Assembly (NCBI GenBank): GCA_039799905.1 | Contig: JBDLRP010000041.1 | Coordinates: 1-64,000 of the forward strand | Direction: 5' to 3' | Length of the DNA stretch: 64,000 bases | From: Pseudomonadota bacterium | Lineage (GTDB): Bacteria > Bdellovibrionota_B > Oligoflexia > Silvanigrellales > Silvanigrellaceae | In this document: one piece after another, positions 10,139-19,908 of the stretch | Numbering within the stretch: the first letter of the stretch is position 1 | How the letters are laid out: the number at the start of each line of letters is the position of its first letter | Made by a program: the position numbers and the translations under genes | The notes under the pieces: generated by a model | Told to the model about the DNA's origin: nothing | Database searches by the model: none | What the model saw: the letters and a program-made list of their open reading frames with translations, nothing else

Positions 10139-12031
10139 GTGACCTTCGCATCTCTAAGAAAATCATCCACATGCCTGGTCATCACAGGAATGAGTCTGAC
10201 CTGCATGCTCAGTTGCGTGAAAAAGACCCGACAGCAAAATTCATTACCGCGTGCAACCAAAGTGGAGCAGCTTTCAAGTGCCTGCCCATCGGTTCTTCCT
10301 GCCGCAGAATTCAGAATGCTCAGCGCACAGCTCACGTCGGCCTCACCGCTTGGGATCGTAAGTACAAATGATTTGCATGGACACACAGACGCCCGCACGT
10401 TTCAGCTCAACCTACCCGGGGCCGCGGCACGCACCATAAAAGCAGGAGGTTTTGAATTGATGGCAGCCTATCTGGCTGCGCTGTGCAGGCATTATAAAGG
10501 GCGCCTGCTCTTTATCGACGCCGGCGACTCTTATCAGGGGACCTTGATTTCAAATTCATCATCGGGTCAGGTTGTGCTTGAACTGTTTTCCTCACTCGGA
10601 CTGGCTGTCAGCACTTTCGGCAACCATGAATTTGATTTTGGACAAGTTCGTATCCGAGACTGGCTTGCATCACCACAACGACAATTTTGGTACGTGACAA
10701 GTTCGTTGAGCACAGCAGAAAATGGCCGGCAAATTCCATGGACAGATTTGAACGCTTCTCGCTTTGCCCGATCGGTTGTGCTGGATGTCGCCGGCGTAAA
10801 GGTCGGCATCGCTGGTTACACAACAGAATCTACGGCGGTCAAAAGCATTCCATCAAACGTTTCTGGAGTCGCCTTTCAACGCATTCAGGACGTGCTCGCT
10901 CAGGAAGGCAAACCACTGCGCGCACATGGAGCTCAAGTGGTACTGCTTTTATCACATTCAGGAGGCTCCTGCGACATGCTTCAGCCGGCGGAACAGGGCG
11001 ACATGGCGTGTCCGCAAAGTCAGTCAGATGAACTCGGACAGGCACTGCGGAGCACCCCTTCCGCACGTGATGATTGGCAACTTGTGGTTGCGGGGCATTC
11101 ACACAAAGCTCAGCGGCACTTCATAGCCGGTGTGCCGGTGACGCAAACAACGGGGCTCGGCCTGAGTCTCGCTCATGCGAGAGTGGACTTCTCCGGCCAA
11201 TCTGCATCGGTAAAATTGCATGATCCCATTTTCTTGTGTGAGCGTCATTTCGAAGGCTGGGCGGGCTGTCATCCCGATGAATTTGCTTGGCGTCAGAACA
11301 ACCAAACACCACTGGGCCGCGAGCTCGAACCAACAGTCATGGGTCAGCCTGTGCGTACTTCCGACAGCGGACAGGCTAGTACGATATTGAACCGCTATCG
11401 CGAATCTCTAAAAAAACAGATGGAACAAAAAATCACAGTCTGGCCCACCGATCTCTCCCACAACAGGACAGGCGCGTCTCCAGCCGCCGCCTGCCTTGCG
11501 GACGCCTGGCTGCGCGGAATTCAGAATTCAGGCGAGATTTGGGGCCAAACATCATCAGCCGACGTTGAAGTCGCAGCGTTGAATGCAGGTGCCCTGAGAA
11601 GCGGACTAACAGCAGGCGACCTGACCTTCGCACGACTTTTTGAAGTTTTACCGTACGACAACACGGCCCACATTGTTCACCTCACCCGTGATGAGCTGCT
11701 CGCATTTGCCAGAGCGCAAGAGGAAAGCCCACATGACTACCTTTTCGTCAGCGAAGGATTCGCCATCCAACGAAAAGCAAACGATCAATCTGCACCACGG
11801 ACAAACGCGATCTTGACCAGCGGAAGAATGGATAAATCAGCAACTGAAACATACTCCGTCGCTTTGACCACTTATTCAAAAACTTTTGTCGAAAAAGCCG
11901 GCCTCAAAAAGAACATCATTGATTCCGGATTGTCTGTGCGCGCGACCATTGCCGAGACACTTCAGAAAAACGCACGGGATATTCGATCGTGTATGAGCCC
12001 AGACGCGGGTAGAATGCAAATTGTTCCATAG
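10139..12031 (+). CDS. 5'-nucleotidase / 2',3'-cyclic phosphodiesterase lipoprotein (UshA/CpdB family)
   Basis: TNDLHG, DAGD, GNHEFDFG, LSH and GHSH metallophosphoesterase motifs, plus NAGALR and LPYDN in the C-terminal domain. Confidence 0.92.
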   Translation: MTFASLRKSSTCLVITGMSLTCMLSCVKKTRQQNSLPRATKVEQLSSACPSVLPAAEFRMLSAQLTSASPLGIVSTNDLHGHTDARTFQLNLPGAAARTIKAGGFELMAAYLAALCRHYKGRLLFIDAGDSYQGTLISNSSSGQVVLELFSSLGLAVSTFGNHEFDFGQVRIRDWLASPQRQFWYVTSSLSTAENGRQIPWTDLNASRFARSVVLDVAGVKVGIAGYTTESTAVKSIPSNVSGVAFQRIQDVLAQEGKPLRAHGAQVVLLLSHSGGSCDMLQPAEQGDMACPQSQSDELGQALRSTPSARDDWQLVVAGHSHKAQRHFIAGVPVTQTTGLGLSLAHARVDFSGQSASVKLHDPIFLCERHFEGWAGCHPDEFAWRQNNQTPLGRELEPTVMGQPVRTSDSGQASTILNRYRESLKKQMEQKITVWPTDLSHNRTGASPAAACLADAWLRGIQNSGEIWGQTSSADVEVAALNAGALRSGLTAGDLTFARLFEVLPYDNTAHIVHLTRDELLAFARAQEESPHDYLFVSEGFAIQRKANDQSAPRTNAILTSGRMDKSATETYSVALTTYSKTFVEKAGLKKNIIDSGLSVRATIAETLQKNARDIRSCMSPDAGRMQIVP

Positions 12032-12068
12032 TGATTCAGAAAATTGAACAGGTCGTCAGGAGACGGAG

Positions 12069-13199
12069 TCATTGTTTTCCCTGGGTCGTTTTGATCAATT
12101 GCCCGCACGCGGCGGCAATATCCCGACCTTTGGAAAGCCGGACGGTCACAACGTGGCCCTTTTCCTTCAGGGCATCCCTGAACTGCCACACCCGCGCCAA
12201 TTCTGGTCTACGAAAAGCGGCACCCTCATGTTCATTTAGGGGTATCAGATTTATTTTGACCTTAAGACCGTTGAGCAAATCCGCCAGCGCCGCGGCATGC
12301 TCGGGCGTGTCATTCACATTCTTCAGAAGTGTGTACTGGATCATGAAAGGTCGCGCATAAACTTGTGCACGCTGCCTCAGGACTTCCACAACCTGTGAAA
12401 GTGGATGGCGCAAATTTACCGGCATCACTTTGCTGCGTTCGGCATCGAATGGTGAATGCAGACTCAGAGCAAGGCATGTCTTGGAGCTTTTTAATAATTC
12501 ATCGAGCTGCGGAAGTAGGCCGACAGTGCTGACCGTGATCTTGTTGTGACTGATTTGCAGCCCCTGCGTGTCGGTGAATATTTCAATCGCAGGCAAAAGT
12601 GCAGACAGATTGTCCAGCGGTTCACCCATCCCCATGAACACAAGATTGGAAACCCGTTCGTACTCAGCCACTGCGCCGCCCTGATCGCGCCGCCACAATT
12701 CAGCAAGCAATACCTGACCGACAATTTCACTCACTGTAAGACTGCGCAGGAGTCCCATACGGCCCGTCTGACAAAACCGGCATCCTTGCGCACAGCCGAC
12801 CTGTGTCGACAGACATTGCGTGAGTCGGCCACGCTCGGGTATCAGAACGGTTTCAATTTCAAGTCCGTCGGCGAGCTGCATGACAAGTTTGCTCGAACCA
12901 TCCATGCCGCTTGTTTCGCTGCGCACGACCCGCATGGGTATCTCGAAGGAAAATTGCTCGCGGAGAAGTTCTAAAGTAGCGAGATGAGTTTGTTCAGGAA
13001 ACTCCGGGGGCCACACCAGACGGCCAGAACGCGCATAAAGCCCCTCAAAAACTTTACCAGCACGGCTCTCGGCGCTTTTGGCACCAAAGGCTGCACTCAG
13101 CAGAGTTGATAAGTGATTTCGGGTCATTCCCAAAATATGGTCGGGCATCGGACCTCCTCGATGCGCGCTGTCGTATCGGTAGATTTGAGCTTGGGTCAA
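12069..13199 (-). CDS. rlmN: Radical SAM 23S rRNA m2A2503 / tRNA methyltransferase
   Basis: CAQGCRFC, MGMGEPL, SLH and AACGQL. Confidence 0.95.
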   Translation of the reverse strand: MTQAQIYRYDSAHRGGPMPDHILGMTRNHLSTLLSAAFGAKSAESRAGKVFEGLYARSGRLVWPPEFPEQTHLATLELLREQFSFEIPMRVVRSETSGMDGSSKLVMQLADGLEIETVLIPERGRLTQCLSTQVGCAQGCRFCQTGRMGLLRSLTVSEIVGQVLLAELWRRDQGGAVAEYERVSNLVFMGMGEPLDNLSALLPAIEIFTDTQGLQISHNKITVSTVGLLPQLDELLKSSKTCLALSLHSPFDAERSKVMPVNLRHPLSQVVEVLRQRAQVYARPFMIQYTLLKNVNDTPEHAAALADLLNGLKVKINLIPLNEHEGAAFRRPELARVWQFRDALKEKGHVVTVRLSKGRDIAAACGQLIKTTQGKQ

Positions 13200-13212
13200 G
13201 CAAAATCGGGGC

Positions 13213-15045
13213 TTAGATAGGTCCGCTCCGACTTTTGCGGCGCACTCTGGCAGGCACAGCTTCGGGACGCCGGCGGAAAATCACGCCACAGAGGGGAAGT
13301 GCAAGCATGACAAGGGCCGACAACGGCACATTTGCCGACCCGCCGCCCTTAGACAGATCTCCGCAGAGAATGCGCTTTTGCTGAACCGGTTGGTACAGAC
13401 TTCCGGCAAATGGTGGCAGTGCCGAGGCTGCCTCGCCGGTAAAAACTGCTGCCGGCTTGGGGTCAAGCGAAGGCAAGATGCTCGGCTGCGATTCCTTTTC
13501 ATCAAGTTCTTTCAGTAGGTCGCTCACCGCCGGACAACCGGTGGCCGGATCGACGGTTGCATTTGCAAAAAATTGCCGTTGCACCATTTCGGCGACAATT
13601 ACATTCCGAAGTGAATTGGCAGCCAGCTCCTCACTCTTTTCGAACAGCTCGCTTTGTTTCACGATTGCACAGGCCAATTGATACAGCGTTGCCTGTGCAG
13701 GAAGAAGGTCAACGGAATCCCAGACGACCTTGTCCATCTTGAAGTAACCGTCTTTCCACTCACCCAGTTGTGTACGCAGCTTCCAGAGCACGGAACTGAG
13801 CAGTTCTCCGGCCGGATAAAAAGCCTGTTGCTGTCCATTGAAGTCGAGAACCTGCGCAGAAAAACTCGCTGTCAAGTTGCCTGAGCGCAATGCCCCGTCA
13901 ACCTCGACCGACTCTGCAAGTACATTGTTGCCGGTGATTGCATAGGTAAAATAATCAGAAAGTCCTTCATGAATCGCATAAGACTGAACGTAATTTCCAG
14001 GCGGAGGGATGACCGAACGGTAAATGATGTGGTGACCAAATTCATGAAAATAAACATCCGAATCGATCGACAGATTGGTGAGTCCGAGGTCATCGTCCGA
14101 AAACGGAACATAAATGACCGGATTTCCGGATCCGACACTCGAACCGCGCGGGCTGTATGACGGCGCACCCGGCTGGATGGCTCGAACAAAAACATCGATC
14201 GGACCAGTCAGCCCAAAATCACCGAAGACCTTTTTTTGCTCTTCGCTTTGAATGCCGCGGTGCCACTGTGCGGCCTTTTGGATGGAATAGTATCCGACCA
14301 TCTCAGAGTACTCGAGAGAATCGGGCGAGAACTCATAACGTCCGTCCGACGAGCGTGCGAAGTTACCGCAAATTTTGAATGAGGGTGACTTGTCCTTGCA
14401 ATTCAAAACGCGGAAGAGTCTGTTGCGCAGGTAACTGCTATCGAGCAAATCAATGAGTGGGATTTCCTCCAACCCGCTGGAGGTCGAAGCCACTTTGTTT
14501 TCTTTGTAGAGAAGCCCAAGCGCATCGGCGCCCAATTCAATAGGTTTTTCCTCTCCCCAATGACCATCCGATTCGCGCAACCAAAACACTCTTTTGTTTT
14601 GCGGAAGGACAATTTTCCACCAAGCTGAAGGCTCAGGCTGAATATGGATGACCGGCTGAGGATCGGGAATCTGCCAAGATCCCAATCGGAGTCGTTCCGC
14701 AAACAAGCTTCGGACCTGCGTTGGATGCAACGAATGCGACCGCCACGGTGCCGACAGGTTTTGCGAAATTACGGCCGACTCCGGAATTTTTCCGGAAAAC
14801 CAAACCATCTGACCCTGCTGATTCTTCGCATATGCAACTTTGAAGTCGGACGCATAGAGCTCGATTCCGTTCCACAGCCAACGACCAGCCTGCGTGCGCA
14901 CCATTTTTTGTTCGGCTCCGGCTGCAGTAGGCGGAAAATGCGCGCGCAGGAGAGAATAAGGCTCCGCCCCTCCGTCAAGATTCGCAGACGGAGCCATCAG
15001 AGACAGGGCAAGGGTTGGAGCAAGCACGCCACCGGTAAAGCTCAT
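13213..15045 (-). CDS. Secreted zinc metallopeptidase (M4/M36 gluzincin) with C-terminal membrane anchor
   Basis: DSDVYFHEFGH and AIHEGLSDYF, an N-terminal signal, and a C-terminal Cys/Gly-rich + TM + RRR tail. Confidence 0.85.
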   Translation of the reverse strand: MSFTGGVLAPTLALSLMAPSANLDGGAEPYSLLRAHFPPTAAGAEQKMVRTQAGRWLWNGIELYASDFKVAYAKNQQGQMVWFSGKIPESAVISQNLSAPWRSHSLHPTQVRSLFAERLRLGSWQIPDPQPVIHIQPEPSAWWKIVLPQNKRVFWLRESDGHWGEEKPIELGADALGLLYKENKVASTSSGLEEIPLIDLLDSSYLRNRLFRVLNCKDKSPSFKICGNFARSSDGRYEFSPDSLEYSEMVGYYSIQKAAQWHRGIQSEEQKKVFGDFGLTGPIDVFVRAIQPGAPSYSPRGSSVGSGNPVIYVPFSDDDLGLTNLSIDSDVYFHEFGHHIIYRSVIPPPGNYVQSYAIHEGLSDYFTYAITGNNVLAESVEVDGALRSGNLTASFSAQVLDFNGQQQAFYPAGELLSSVLWKLRTQLGEWKDGYFKMDKVVWDSVDLLPAQATLYQLACAIVKQSELFEKSEELAANSLRNVIVAEMVQRQFFANATVDPATGCPAVSDLLKELDEKESQPSILPSLDPKPAAVFTGEAASALPPFAGSLYQPVQQKRILCGDLSKGGGSANVPLSALVMLALPLCGVIFRRRPEAVPARVRRKSRSGPI

Positions 15046-15340
15046 AGTGAGCTGCGTATCGGAATTTCATGACTAAATATAAAGGGTTCCATAAAAAATT
15101 ATCTGTCGGGGTGAAAATCTGCCCACAATCGAAAACTTGCCGCGACTCCAAGTGTTCTTTAAGCATTCTGGGGACATCTGACCATCACCCGGGAAACCTA
15201 TACTGGACGCGGGGTTACAGCTGAGCGCATGAATCAAATTGATGTCTTGGCCAGCTGGTCGTCCGTTGACCGACACCTCACTTGGAGATGCGGGACACAG
15301 ACGGTAATGTCGCCAAAAAGCCGAAATAGGAGTTCCGGTC

Positions 15341-17575
15341 ATGTGGCTGCAGGGAAACGCGCGCGGATTTATAAGCTTGTCGGATTCAGGGGCGATGTCC
15401 TCGGGCGAACTCAACCGCGAACAGGTGATTCGCGCCGGACTCAACTACGAGCGCGTGAAGTCTCATCAGGAAAGAATTCTCACAGTTCTCACATCCGGCC
15501 GTGAAACGACGCTTCCGATCGTGGGCGCGTGCACAACCAGCAACGGCGCCGTCATTCCTTGGAAGACACTCGTCAGATTCGCGGAAGGAGAAAGACTCAC
15601 CAGCGCTCAGAGACGCGCGCGGCGCGCGGCATTTCACTATTGGTGCCGCCAGCATTTGGGAACCTTCATCCCCGCAGCCGGTGCTGCGTCACGCTTCATG
15701 TCCTCACTTGAAAGATTCATTCAGGAAGTCAATCAGCAAGTGCCGGAGATGAACGAATGCTGCCGGCGCTGGTGCGGAAAAACCGACTCTGCGGAGCAAT
15801 CAACCAACAGATCCAAACGCCTCGACAGCCTCGCAGCTCTGGCTGCATTGCCGCTCAATGCCGACATTAAAGTGATTCCTCAGCTGTTGAGTGATTGGAA
15901 CAAAACAGATGTCTTCATCGAATTTGACAGTCTAAGTCACGCTCTCGAGGTGTTTTTCACAGAGGGGCGCGATAGCGATGGACTCGGCAAAGTTGAACAT
16001 CAGCCAGCAGCGCAGGACGCAGCAGGCGAACATATGCTGGACAACTCACACTGGCGCATTCACTGGGACAGTGATGGAAACTCCTCCGCCAGAGCGGGCG
16101 GAGAGAAGCATTCTGTCCGTGATGTGCATTGGCTGGATGCGCTGCAAAGCCAGCCGCCCAGCGAAGCGCGCTCTCAGGGCAAGCGATTGCGCCGCGATTT
16201 GACTGAGAAAGAACGTTTAGGGCTGCGTTGTTATGCTGCCGCGTTCGTGTTGATCGAAAAATTTCGTGGCCACCCGAAAGCGCTGGTTCCAACAACTGGT
16301 GAGGGAGACTCTTTTCTCTTTCTCAAGCTCATCGAACAAATCGCCCTACTGCCAAGCTCAATGAGTGTCTACGTCGCTCCTTTTCAGCAGACCGCAAAAT
16401 TCAAAACTGAAATTGATGCAGGCAGACAAAGAATTATCCGACAGGCGCAAAATGTATTTGATCTGGCAGGAACCCAATTCGCGCCCGACTGGTTGAAGCC
16501 GACAACGCAAAATCAAATTTCTCAATCCACAATTCTTGAGCAAGGACTCGAACTCTGCACCCTCCGCTTCAACGAGGACGGCACAGCGGTTGTCAGTGAG
16601 GACGGCTCCTACAGTTCAGTTGCAGCCGGACACGGCGAATTGCTGAACCTGTTCCCAGACATTGCAGCACAATGGCCGAACCTGGAATGTCTGCACATCC
16701 GCAATATCGACAACGTCATTGGCACCCAGCATGAGCGCCAGCAAGAACTGAGCGCCGTTGCCGAAACATTCAGATTGTTGCGCGACACGCTCGAATTCCT
16801 GCGCGCCGAGGTCGAGGACTTTCTGCCCCACTGCAGAACCTCCAATAACAACGACAAGCTCAAGAGCGGTCAGGTTGTGACGGCCCTCAAATTTCTCTCG
16901 CAGCTGATTCCCGGCTCCGCGCAGAACCAAATTTTTCCTTCAACTGTCGAAGCTGAAGCGCGCGTGCACGGCCTCACGGCTGAAATTTTTCAGCGTGTCC
17001 TGAGCAATCTTTTCCACTGGCAGCCGCTTCCAGAAAAACTCACGTTGTTTTCAAAGTGGGACTGGCTGCAACAGCAACTCTCACGCCCGCTCAGTGTCTT
17101 CGGCGTTGTCCGCAAAGAAGTCGGAGATGTCGGTGGCGGCCCAGTTTTTGCCCAACTCCCTGATGGCACCCACGTGAAAATCTGTCTTGAAATGCCTCAT
17201 GCTTCAAAAGAAGACGCGCAGGAATATTTTGGCAACAAAGGTCGCGCGACGCACTTCAATCCGGTGCTGGTTTTCTTCGAACTGAGAACGCATCAGCGCA
17301 GCCACACACCGAATCCACGTTCGGGCAAGATTGTTCAGCCGAGTCAGCTTTTTGACGAGCACTTTTGGCTACTGGCACGCAAGGAATTCATGGGTCGCAA
17401 AGTCTGCTACCATGAGACAGTGCTTTACGAACTGATTGGTAACTCTGCTCGAACGAATGTTTTGTTTGTGGAGGTCCCGAGAACACTCTTCAGACCTCAC
17501 AAAACATTGTTGGACAGTTTGGGACAGGATCGCCGTTCTTATGGATTTGATGAAACTCTTAAAGGCGAAGACTGA
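15341..17575 (+). CDS. DUF4301-like protein (nucleotidyltransferase/UDPGP-like fold)
   Basis: FIPAAGAASRF, GHGELL, IRNIDNV, GDVGGGPV, THFNPV and FVEVPRTLFRPHKT. AGGAG RBS. Confidence 0.75.
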   Translation: MWLQGNARGFISLSDSGAMSSGELNREQVIRAGLNYERVKSHQERILTVLTSGRETTLPIVGACTTSNGAVIPWKTLVRFAEGERLTSAQRRARRAAFHYWCRQHLGTFIPAAGAASRFMSSLERFIQEVNQQVPEMNECCRRWCGKTDSAEQSTNRSKRLDSLAALAALPLNADIKVIPQLLSDWNKTDVFIEFDSLSHALEVFFTEGRDSDGLGKVEHQPAAQDAAGEHMLDNSHWRIHWDSDGNSSARAGGEKHSVRDVHWLDALQSQPPSEARSQGKRLRRDLTEKERLGLRCYAAAFVLIEKFRGHPKALVPTTGEGDSFLFLKLIEQIALLPSSMSVYVAPFQQTAKFKTEIDAGRQRIIRQAQNVFDLAGTQFAPDWLKPTTQNQISQSTILEQGLELCTLRFNEDGTAVVSEDGSYSSVAAGHGELLNLFPDIAAQWPNLECLHIRNIDNVIGTQHERQQELSAVAETFRLLRDTLEFLRAEVEDFLPHCRTSNNNDKLKSGQVVTALKFLSQLIPGSAQNQIFPSTVEAEARVHGLTAEIFQRVLSNLFHWQPLPEKLTLFSKWDWLQQQLSRPLSVFGVVRKEVGDVGGGPVFAQLPDGTHVKICLEMPHASKEDAQEYFGNKGRATHFNPVLVFFELRTHQRSHTPNPRSGKIVQPSQLFDEHFWLLARKEFMGRKVCYHETVLYELIGNSARTNVLFVEVPRTLFRPHKTLLDSLGQDRRSYGFDETLKGED

Positions 17576-18068
17576 GCACCTGCTCGCAAGGCATCCAAAA
17601 AACGAATATTCCTATTGTGAAAAAATACTCGCCGACCTGAAACTTCAGTTCGACGCATTTTTGCGCGACATTGCCAAGCTCGATGAGTTCAGTAAACGAA
17701 ACCCCTTAGAAGGAATCAAAGCAGTCAGCGGTGATGTGCTCATCGAGGACGAATATGGCGTGTTGGGTAAAAGTCCGTACTTCTTTCTACGGATACCCGG
17801 CCATCCCGGCCTGCTATTGGAGCCTGCAGAAGACGAAACACTGGTGCTTGTTGCCGCCACCGAGGCCCGTCCTTTTCAAAGACAATGGAACGGTGAAGTT
17901 ACAAGCCAGGTTGTTTTCGTCCGCAAACTGAATCCACTTGCCAATTTCCGAGTTCTTGAAAGCGATGTGGTGCGCAACCTGAATTCTGGAAAAACGATGT
18001 CGGCCGCCCAATTTTTCGAACACTTGGTAGAGACTCTCATTCTACATATCGAAAACGCATCGACCTGA
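17541..18068 (+). CDS. Hypothetical protein
   Basis: ORF overlapping the end of the DUF4301-like gene. The start is uncertain (17541 or 17550). Confidence 0.7.
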   Translation: MDLMKLLKAKTEHLLARHPKNEYSYCEKILADLKLQFDAFLRDIAKLDEFSKRNPLEGIKAVSGDVLIEDEYGVLGKSPYFFLRIPGHPGLLLEPAEDETLVLVAATEARPFQRQWNGEVTSQVVFVRKLNPLANFRVLESDVVRNLNSGKTMSAAQFFEHLVETLILHIENAST

Positions 18069-18134
18069 CACCGACTGTCTAACCGTTGAACAGCAGGTTC
18101 CTAAACTTTTCTCAAAGATTTCATTTGAAAACAT

Positions 18135-18151
18135 CTGGCACGAAAACTGCT
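18135..18151 (+). promoter_or_regulatory. sigma54-like -24/-12 promoter
   Basis: CTGGCACGAAAACTGCT versus consensus YTGGCACG-N4-TTGCW, with correct GG...GC spacing. Confidence 0.5.
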
Positions 18152-18153
18152 CA

Positions 18154-18333
18154 GGGGATAATGAGGATGTCCTCTAGCCGAGGCTTCCTTTGATGGGACG
18201 CACGCGCCCGTCAGGGTGGCTCTTCCATTGCACCCATTCCAGACGGATTTCCTAAACCTAGAGGTCAGGAATCTGTACGGATTGGGCACGCCCCAGTGTC
18301 CCACCTGACTTCCGAGGGTTACCTTTACTTCCC
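18154..18333 (+). ncRNA. Structured ncRNA candidate, 6S RNA-like
   Basis: Nested long-range pairings (TGGGAC/GTCCCA, GCCC/GGGC, ACGGAT..TCCT/AGGA..ATCTGT, GGGTG/CACCC), a closing stem, and a GGGA...CCCACCTGAC motif seen in 6S RNAs. Strand is not certain. Confidence 0.5.
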
Positions 18334-19770
18334 ACCCCACCCAGGATGCCCTCGGAAGTTAGCCCTCCTTTGCAGAGCCTTTGCGTACGTCCGAACGAAT
18401 GCCTCTGATGGTTTGGCAACCACGTTCTTGCGCACAAATTCGACTGGATCCTCAGGCAAATCAACTTCCCTATCGAGCAGCAACCATTGCAGCGCCGCGG
18501 CTTCGATAGCCGCAACACCAATCGCATCGCCCATTTTCCGCAACGATTCTCCGGCGAGTATCAAAAGTTCCCGACCCAATTCGCGTTCGGCCCGCGGATC
18601 GCCGGCCGGCGAAAGTGCGTTTCTGCTGAGCAGACTCCACGCCTCGGCCCGAGCATGAGCGTCAACTAAAAGCCCTTTCCAGAGCATCACACCGGCAAGC
18701 AAATGTTCAAATGGCTGAGCATCGAGATTGCGGATCTCCAAAAAACCGCGCAGCCGCACCTCGGGAAACAAGGTCGCCAGATGCAATTCCCAATCCTGCA
18801 AAGTAGGTTGATGGCCCTTGAATCCAAACTGCAGGAACTTCTCAAAGGTGAGCTCTCCAAAAAGCGGCTGTTCGGAAACAGGCAGACCGCGGACGATAAA
18901 TACATTCGCCTTGCGTGCCCAGTTCGCATACAGACAGGCGACATCCTGAGCCTGAGTGATTCCTTCGGGAATACCGGAACGGGTTTTGTCGGTCTGCTTC
19001 CAAATTTGCTGACGTTCCGATTTGAAGCGCGATCTGCGCCCAGCAAAGTAAAAAGAATTCCTTGTCAGAGCTTGTACCGCAGGCGTCAGCGCAAAAGCCA
19101 GACGCACAGAATCTTCCCAATCGCCATCGTCTCCGGGCACATCGATGTTGGGCTGCACAGTTCCCGTGTGGCCCATCATGTCCGCACCGCGGCCATCGGG
19201 CTCACTTTGAAAGAAACGCCGCAGGATTTGATAGCGCTCTTTTGGAACGAGCAGCGGCATATCGAGCGGTGCAATCGGGTTTGTTCCGTGACTCAGAAAC
19301 ACGGCGTCTTCGCCGGCGGCATTCTCAAGAGCGCGCAGACCGAACAATACATCTTCCACAAGCGCGGCGGTGTCGGAACGGGGAGCCGATGAGAACTCAA
19401 CTTGACCGCCCGGCTCCAAACTGAAATTGCCTCCGGTTGGCAAAGTCAATCCAACGACCACTCCAGTCGCAGGATCTACCTTCAGTTTCGCTCCTTCTAC
19501 GGCATCGGACATCCGCTGGAGCAATTCGCTTGGGTGAAACACCGATCCCGAAAGCCCGAGTGGAACAAGAGAATTCGCGTCATAGGCGAACATCTCCATT
19601 TCTATTCCGATTTGTGCACTTGCTTGTGGTCGAGTCTGGGCTCCCACGGGCGCCAAGGACATGGGCGTCTGGGAGCCGCGTATGGGTCGTTTCCACAGGC
19701 CGTCGCAGACGTTGCTCGAGGTTTGCAGCTTTTCGACAGAGAGCGATTTGTCGCGGCTATCAGATGACAT
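18325..19770 (-). CDS. gshA: Glutamate-cysteine ligase (GCS2, plant/alphaproteobacterial type)
   Basis: IGIEME, SLEPGGQVEFS and HLATLFPEVRLRGFLEIR. GGGGGAG RBS before 19770. Confidence 0.88.
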   Translation of the reverse strand: MSSDSRDKSLSVEKLQTSSNVCDGLWKRPIRGSQTPMSLAPVGAQTRPQASAQIGIEMEMFAYDANSLVPLGLSGSVFHPSELLQRMSDAVEGAKLKVDPATGVVVGLTLPTGGNFSLEPGGQVEFSSAPRSDTAALVEDVLFGLRALENAAGEDAVFLSHGTNPIAPLDMPLLVPKERYQILRRFFQSEPDGRGADMMGHTGTVQPNIDVPGDDGDWEDSVRLAFALTPAVQALTRNSFYFAGRRSRFKSERQQIWKQTDKTRSGIPEGITQAQDVACLYANWARKANVFIVRGLPVSEQPLFGELTFEKFLQFGFKGHQPTLQDWELHLATLFPEVRLRGFLEIRNLDAQPFEHLLAGVMLWKGLLVDAHARAEAWSLLSRNALSPAGDPRAERELGRELLILAGESLRKMGDAIGVAAIEAAALQWLLLDREVDLPEDPVEFVRKNVVAKPSEAFVRTYAKALQRRANFRGHPGWGGK

Positions 19771-19842
19771 GACTCCCCCTCGAAGTTCCAACGGGTATCG
19801 ACCGATCAGCTTAAAAAGCTGAGCCCACCGAAAAACCCTCGT

Positions 19843-19870
19843 CCTTGCTGAACATAATCACTCAGCAAGG
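19843..19870. terminator. 9-bp hairpin downstream of exbD (possible terminator or processing stem)
   Basis: CCTTGCTGA-N10-TCAGCAAGG, with no immediately adjacent U-tract. Confidence 0.4.
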
Positions 19871-19908
19871 GTTGTCGAGTCTAACTTTCCAAAAAAGAGA
19901 AGATTGCC

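Noticed and set aside
15229..15504. 91-aa ORF as an alternative start or frameshifted N-terminus of the DUF4301-like gene
   Set aside because: The ATG at 15341 has its own AGGAG RBS, and no slippery site or homology supports joining them.
18180..18215. GGGACGCA resembling a c-di-GMP-I riboswitch
   Set aside because: The GGCAAA and GNRA-loop P2 elements are missing and no gene lies downstream on +.
18214..18236. Minus-strand GGGTGCAATGGAAGAGCCACCC resembling an RNase P RNA segment
   Set aside because: The GAGGAAAGTCC and 3' AACCCGGCTTA conserved regions are absent and the gap is too short.
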